A stretch of DNA of 10,514 nt from Myxococcota bacterium (GTDB taxonomy: Bacteria; Myxococcota; JACRCW01), in NCBI GenBank assembly GCA_040752415.1, contig JBFMGU010000330.1:1-10514 (forward strand). Direction: 5' to 3'. A program made the position numbers and the translations under genes. How positions within the stretch are numbered: the stretch's first letter is position 1; each line of letters opens with the position of its first letter. This document shows, piece after piece, positions 6,868 to 10,514 of the stretch. The notes beneath the pieces were generated by a model. That model searched no databases, was not told the DNA's origin, and saw only the letters and a list, made by a program, of their open reading frames with translations.

Positions 6868-8379
6868 TCACCAGATCAGGTGGCGGTTCCACGCGCCAAA
6901 GCGCTCCGCGATTCTTCCCCTCGGAAGGCTCAGCAACGCCAGCGCAACGCCGCCCACCGCACTGCTGAGGCGCCCGGGGCCAGTCCCGTCGGCAAGAAGC
7001 CAAGGCGCAACGGCAACCCACAGACCCAGCGGCAGATTCAGCAGCCGGACCGGCCGGGCAATCTCGCCAAAGGCGATGACCGCGCAGGTGACCGCCAGCG
7101 CGCCGGTGAGATGCAGGCTGTCCGCCAACGCGCCCGTGACGCCGAGGACACCGGGTGAGGTCATCAGCCCAATGCCCAGCGCCGTGCTGACCAGCAGGTT
7201 CCACGGCACGTGGTTCAGATCCAACGCCGACACGAGCTGCTGGCTCAACGGGGGAGGCGGCGGCGCGGTTGTCCGGCGCGACTCCAGCGCCAAGGTGCCT
7301 CCCAGCCAGAACGTCCGCCAGAAGGGCCTGCCCTCCCCTCGCGCGCGCACCAGGAACTGGCACATGGCCACCACCTCGTCCAGGGCAGGGGCAATCATGA
7401 CCAGCATGGCCGCCGCCGTGACGAGACACAGCGTGCACCAGGCGCCAACCGCTACCGGCTGAAGGATGACCAGCACGATGCTGACAACCCCCAACGGCAC
7501 CACCAGCACGCCGAACATCGCAACCATCCACGGCATCGTCCGCCAGCGGTTGCGTCCTCCCATGCAACCAGAGAGCGCCTCCAGCAGGTACGCCACGGCG
7601 CCCAGTCCTGCGTCGGAGATGGGGAACGCCTTGGACACGTCCGAGGCAAGAACCGCGCGCGTCCCGTCGACGAAGAACGGGTCCCACGGGTGGTCAACGT
7701 GTCCAAGCTGGAATGCCGCCAGGTACCGCGCCACGAAGTACCCGAACAGCGCCATGGCGATGATGGGCGCGCGCTGCACCCAGTCCGAGGGATTGTATGA
7801 CCAGCCCGGCGGAGTATCCGGTCCCGGCATGCTCATCAGCTTGTGATGGCTGCGTCCCGGCATCATGGGAACGAGCACCGAGAAGATGATCAACAGCGTC
7901 CCCACCAGCGTGTTGACGTCGTAGGTGCCAGCGCTTTGCGTCCAGAAGACCAGGGGTGAGAACAGCAGCCAGCAGCCAATGGCGCACGTGCCCCAGCGCG
8001 CAAGGTCAAAGCGCGGGACCAGGCCCATCACCCCCAGGACAACGGCGGCCGCGCCACACAGGAGATTGTTCCAGGCAAGACCTGGCTCGCGCTCGAACAA
8101 GCCGCCAAGTCCTGGCCATGCCATGAGCCAGAATCCCAGCGTGATGACCAGGAAGTCCCGCCACGCCCAGGCGCGAATCATCCCCGCGTGTGAGGCCGCA
8201 GCATGATCACGTCGCGCCGCTGCTGCGCGGTCTCCTTCCAGTGAAATGCCCCCCGGGCCACGTTGGCGTCGCCACGGCGTGACGCGCGCCTCGCTCTCGG
8301 GGCCAACATCAACGTGGACCAGGGGCCGTTCCCGACGGTGATGGCGGGGGTGCGGCTCGTGGTGGAATCGTGGGTCCAT
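6868..8379 (-). CDS. SPW-repeat-containing vitamin K epoxide reductase (VKOR) family membrane protein
   Basis: SPW-like repeats at both ends ('LGFWLMAWP', 'GCWLLFSP', 'GLMTSP', 'GLWVAVAPW'); central 'PPGWSYNPS', 'WDPFF', 'SDAGLG' and CxxC 'WCTLC' (7426-7437). Start ATG 8379 or ATG 8181. Confidence 0.87.
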   Translation of the reverse strand: MDPRFHHEPHPRHHRRERPLVHVDVGPESEARVTPWRRQRGPGGISLEGDRAAAARRDHAAASHAGMIRAWAWRDFLVITLGFWLMAWPGLGGLFEREPGLAWNNLLCGAAAVVLGVMGLVPRFDLARWGTCAIGCWLLFSPLVFWTQSAGTYDVNTLVGTLLIIFSVLVPMMPGRSHHKLMSMPGPDTPPGWSYNPSDWVQRAPIIAMALFGYFVARYLAAFQLGHVDHPWDPFFVDGTRAVLASDVSKAFPISDAGLGAVAYLLEALSGCMGGRNRWRTMPWMVAMFGVLVVPLGVVSIVLVILQPVAVGAWCTLCLVTAAAMLVMIAPALDEVVAMCQFLVRARGEGRPFWRTFWLGGTLALESRRTTAPPPPPLSQQLVSALDLNHVPWNLLVSTALGIGLMTSPGVLGVTGALADSLHLTGALAVTCAVIAFGEIARPVRLLNLPLGLWVAVAPWLLADGTGPGRLSSAVGGVALALLSLPRGRIAERFGAWNRHLIW

Positions 8380-9475
8380 GCGCCGTCCTGCCTGAAGGCG
8401 TCTCCCGTGGCGCGTGAGTTTCCGGAGGCGTGCCTTCGAGCTTGTTGAGTCGGTAGAACTCCACGGGGTCGGTCTTCAGGAGCTCGACCATCTTTGGCAA
8501 CGTCTGCCGCAGTGTCCGCTTGGGCTCCCACCCCAGCAGCGTGCGAGCGCGCGTGATGTCGAGCGCGTAGTGGTCATCTGACAGGTCGATCATCCACGGC
8601 TTGATGAACGGTTCCTGCGCGCCGGGAATCACGTCCTGGACCCACGCACCGGTCTTGGCCACCGCCTTGGGAACGTGGCGCGTCTCCCAGTCCTTCTCGC
8701 CCAGGATGAGCCAGGCAAAGGTGCGCTGCAGCTCGTCGTAGGAGAGGGTTTCCGGCTCGCCCACCAGCAGCGTCGTCTCCGCCGGCAGGCGCTCGCGCGC
8801 GTCGACCACCCGCTGGAACAGATCCACCAGGTCCTCAAGGTGCACAAAGGACTGCCCGGTGGCGACGTCACCCGGGAACACCTGGGACGTCACCCGCCGT
8901 TCGTGGATGCGCTGGATCTGGTGCGCAATGGGAATCGAGTGGCAGCGGTCGTCGTACACGCCGGCAATGCGCAGCAGCACCACGGACATGTTCTGCCGCT
9001 GGGACAGGATGAGTCGCTCCGTCTCGACCTTGGACTGCGGGTAGCTCCACTTCGGATCGAGCGGCCAGTCCTCATTGATCCGCTGTCCCGGTCGACAGGG
9101 TGCGTGCACCAGCATGGTGCTGGAGAACACGAATTGTTCCACCACCATGTTGCGCAGCGCGCGGAGGAGGCGCTCCGTTCCGCGCACGGTGATCTTCTCG
9201 TAGAGGTCGCTGGGCTCGCCGGAGAAGTCGTAATAGGCCGCCAGGTGGATCACGGAGGCCACCTTCGAGCCGAAGCGCTGCTGCACCCTGGCCACGGCAA
9301 CGCCAACGCTCTCGTCGGAGGTCATGTCCACTTCGAAGAACTCGACGTCCCCGGGCACCGTCGGCGGCTTCTGGTCAAACCCGATGATCCGGTACGTGGA
9401 CGCCAGGCGCCGCGCCACGGCCGTGCCAATGAGCCCGCTGCTTCCGGTGATCAACACCAGCGGTCGCTCCGCCAC
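8309..9475 (-). CDS. NAD-dependent epimerase/dehydratase (extended SDR), 388 aa
   Basis: 'LITGSSGLIG' Rossmann motif, 'HLAAYYDF', 'FSST', catalytic 'YPQSK'. GTG 9475 has a strong AAGGAGG Shine-Dalgarno 5 nt upstream. Confidence 0.92.
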   Translation of the reverse strand: MAERPLVLITGSSGLIGTAVARRLASTYRIIGFDQKPPTVPGDVEFFEVDMTSDESVGVAVARVQQRFGSKVASVIHLAAYYDFSGEPSDLYEKITVRGTERLLRALRNMVVEQFVFSSTMLVHAPCRPGQRINEDWPLDPKWSYPQSKVETERLILSQRQNMSVVLLRIAGVYDDRCHSIPIAHQIQRIHERRVTSQVFPGDVATGQSFVHLEDLVDLFQRVVDARERLPAETTLLVGEPETLSYDELQRTFAWLILGEKDWETRHVPKAVAKTGAWVQDVIPGAQEPFIKPWMIDLSDDHYALDITRARTLLGWEPKRTLRQTLPKMVELLKTDPVEFYRLNKLEGTPPETHAPRETPSGRTAHGPTIPPRAAPPPSPSGTAPGPR

Positions 9476-9480
9476 GGGTT

Positions 9481-9487
9481 CCTCCTT
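9481..9487 (-). promoter_or_regulatory. Shine-Dalgarno site of the SDR gene
   Basis: Minus strand reads AAGGAGG-AACCC-GTG. Confidence 0.8.
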
Positions 9488-9604
9488 GCGCTGCTGTCGG
9501 TGGGAAGTAACCGAGGGCCGGCACCTGCGCCGCGCCGTGACGTCGTGGGCGCGGGGATGTTGGCTTCCCGGGGGCACGGGGCTGTCGGCGCCCGGAACGG
9601 CAGA

Positions 9605-9673
9605 CGGCACCTCGGGCTGAAACCCTTGGTGCCGCCGCTGGGCTCTTTACCTCGCACCAGAGAGGAAAGAGCC
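9605..9673. other. Two adjacent stem-loops in the CBS-SDR intergenic region
   Basis: CGGCACC-TC-GGG-CTGAAA-CCC-TT-GGTGCCG (9605-9634) and GGCTCTTT-A-CCTC-N8-GAGG-AAAGAGCC (9641-9673). Confidence 0.55.
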
Positions 9674-9794
9674 GGTGGTGAGATAACGGGCGGCCGGAGT
9701 GATGCCAACACGCACCCACGTGTGCGGCCGTCGCCGTCGTCGTCGTCGGCTCAGCTCAAGCGCAACTTGCAGCGCATGAGAGCAGGATCCCACG

Positions 9795-10220
9795 TCAGGG
9801 GTGCGCCTCGCGGGCGGACACCGCCTTCATCACGCCAGCGGCCTTGCCCGCGCGCTCCACCTCCGCAATGTCCGAGAGACTGATGACGCCCTGGGGTTTC
9901 CCGTCCGCGTCGGTGCAGACGATCCTGGACTTCTGGTGCTTGGCCATGAGCTCCTCCGCCGTGCGGAGTGGGTCATCCGGTGAGCAGGAGATGACACCCT
10001 GGCTCATGACATTTCGGACGGCCGTGTCCGGGTTCGCGGAGTCCGCCAGCACGCGAATGGCGAGGTCGCGGTCCGTGACGGTGCCAATCAGTCTTCCGCT
10101 CCCGTCGCCCACCGGCATGAACCCGATGTTGTGGTCGCGCATCCGCTTGGCCACCATGGAAACCGTCTCGTCCGCGCCGCAGGTCTGCACGGTCTTCTTC
10201 ATGACGTCTCTGCATTTCAT
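9795..10220 (-). CDS. Small tandem CBS-domain protein (Hrp1/Rv2626c- or YhcV-like), 141 aa
   Basis: MKCRDVM..'MRDHNIGFMPV'..'LIGTVTDRDLAIR'..'VRNVMS'..'GVISLSDIA'; AAGGGAG upstream of ATG 10220. Confidence 0.92.
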   Translation of the reverse strand: MKCRDVMKKTVQTCGADETVSMVAKRMRDHNIGFMPVGDGSGRLIGTVTDRDLAIRVLADSANPDTAVRNVMSQGVISCSPDDPLRTAEELMAKHQKSRIVCTDADGKPQGVISLSDIAEVERAGKAAGVMKAVSAREAHP

Positions 10221-10228
10221 GGTCGTGA

Positions 10229-10235
10229 CTCCCTT
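10229..10235 (-). promoter_or_regulatory. Shine-Dalgarno site of the CBS gene
   Basis: Minus strand reads AAGGGAG-TCACGACC-ATG. Confidence 0.7.
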
Positions 10236-10423
10236 GCGCCCCGGAGTCGTCCAAGCGCCGCTCTCGTCGGAAACCCGATGCTTCCGGGGCTGCCCCTGGG
10301 ATGTACCGGTGCGCGCCCGCTGTGCTGGTCCGGATGTCCACGCCACCGCTGAGCGGGTGACGCCATCGCGAGGTGACGTCGACGTCCGCCCCTCCGCGGG
10401 CGCGGCCGCACCGTCGAGGACGT

Positions 10424-10514
10424 CTACCGCTTCTTCTTCTTCGCCGGCGCATCAACCTTGCCCGGTTCGGACTCAAAGGCTTCGCGGTCCCAATCCTCGT
10501 CATCCCCCGGCGAC
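10424..10514 (-). CDS. 3' end of an unidentified CDS entering from the right edge
   Basis: Frame from 10513 reads SPGDDEDWDREAFESEPGKVDAPAKKKKR then TAG (10424-10426), a plausible acidic-then-basic C-terminus. Too short to identify. Confidence 0.55.
   Translation of the reverse strand, partial: SPGDDEDWDREAFESEPGKVDAPAKKKKR

Noticed and set aside
8675..9883. 402-aa plus-strand ORF
   Set aside because: Antisense to the well-supported SDR gene; no motifs.
10356..10424. GACGTCGACGTC palindrome and GGTGACG direct repeats upstream of the CBS gene
   Set aside because: Short and GC-rich; could be an operator but cannot be told from chance without comparative data.

Overview
GC-rich bacterial chromosomal DNA. 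The Cys-rich 'CxDGxxNGxETDVDCGG' lipoprotein and signal-peptide START proteins suggest Myxococcota or a related deltaproteobacterium (inference). Gene order: (-) a Cys/Ser/Gly-rich putative lipoprotein running off the left edge and absent from the ORF track; an intergenic ~255-bp degenerate palindrome of two inverted REP-like units; (-) two tandem secreted START/SRPBCC paralogs; (+) birA; (+) a PsbP/DcrB-like exported protein; (+) PolX-PHP DNA polymerase; (-) SPW-repeat/VKOR membrane protein; (-) extended-SDR NAD-dependent epimerase; (-) small CBS-pair protein; (-) the 3' end of another gene at the right edge. No rRNA, tRNA, CRISPR array or transposase was seen. The most notable signals are the covarying REP/REPIN-like element, the overlapping SDR and SPW-VKOR pair (a VKOR with CxxC but no loop cysteines) and the START pair divergent from birA. 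Functional interpretations of these are hypotheses.
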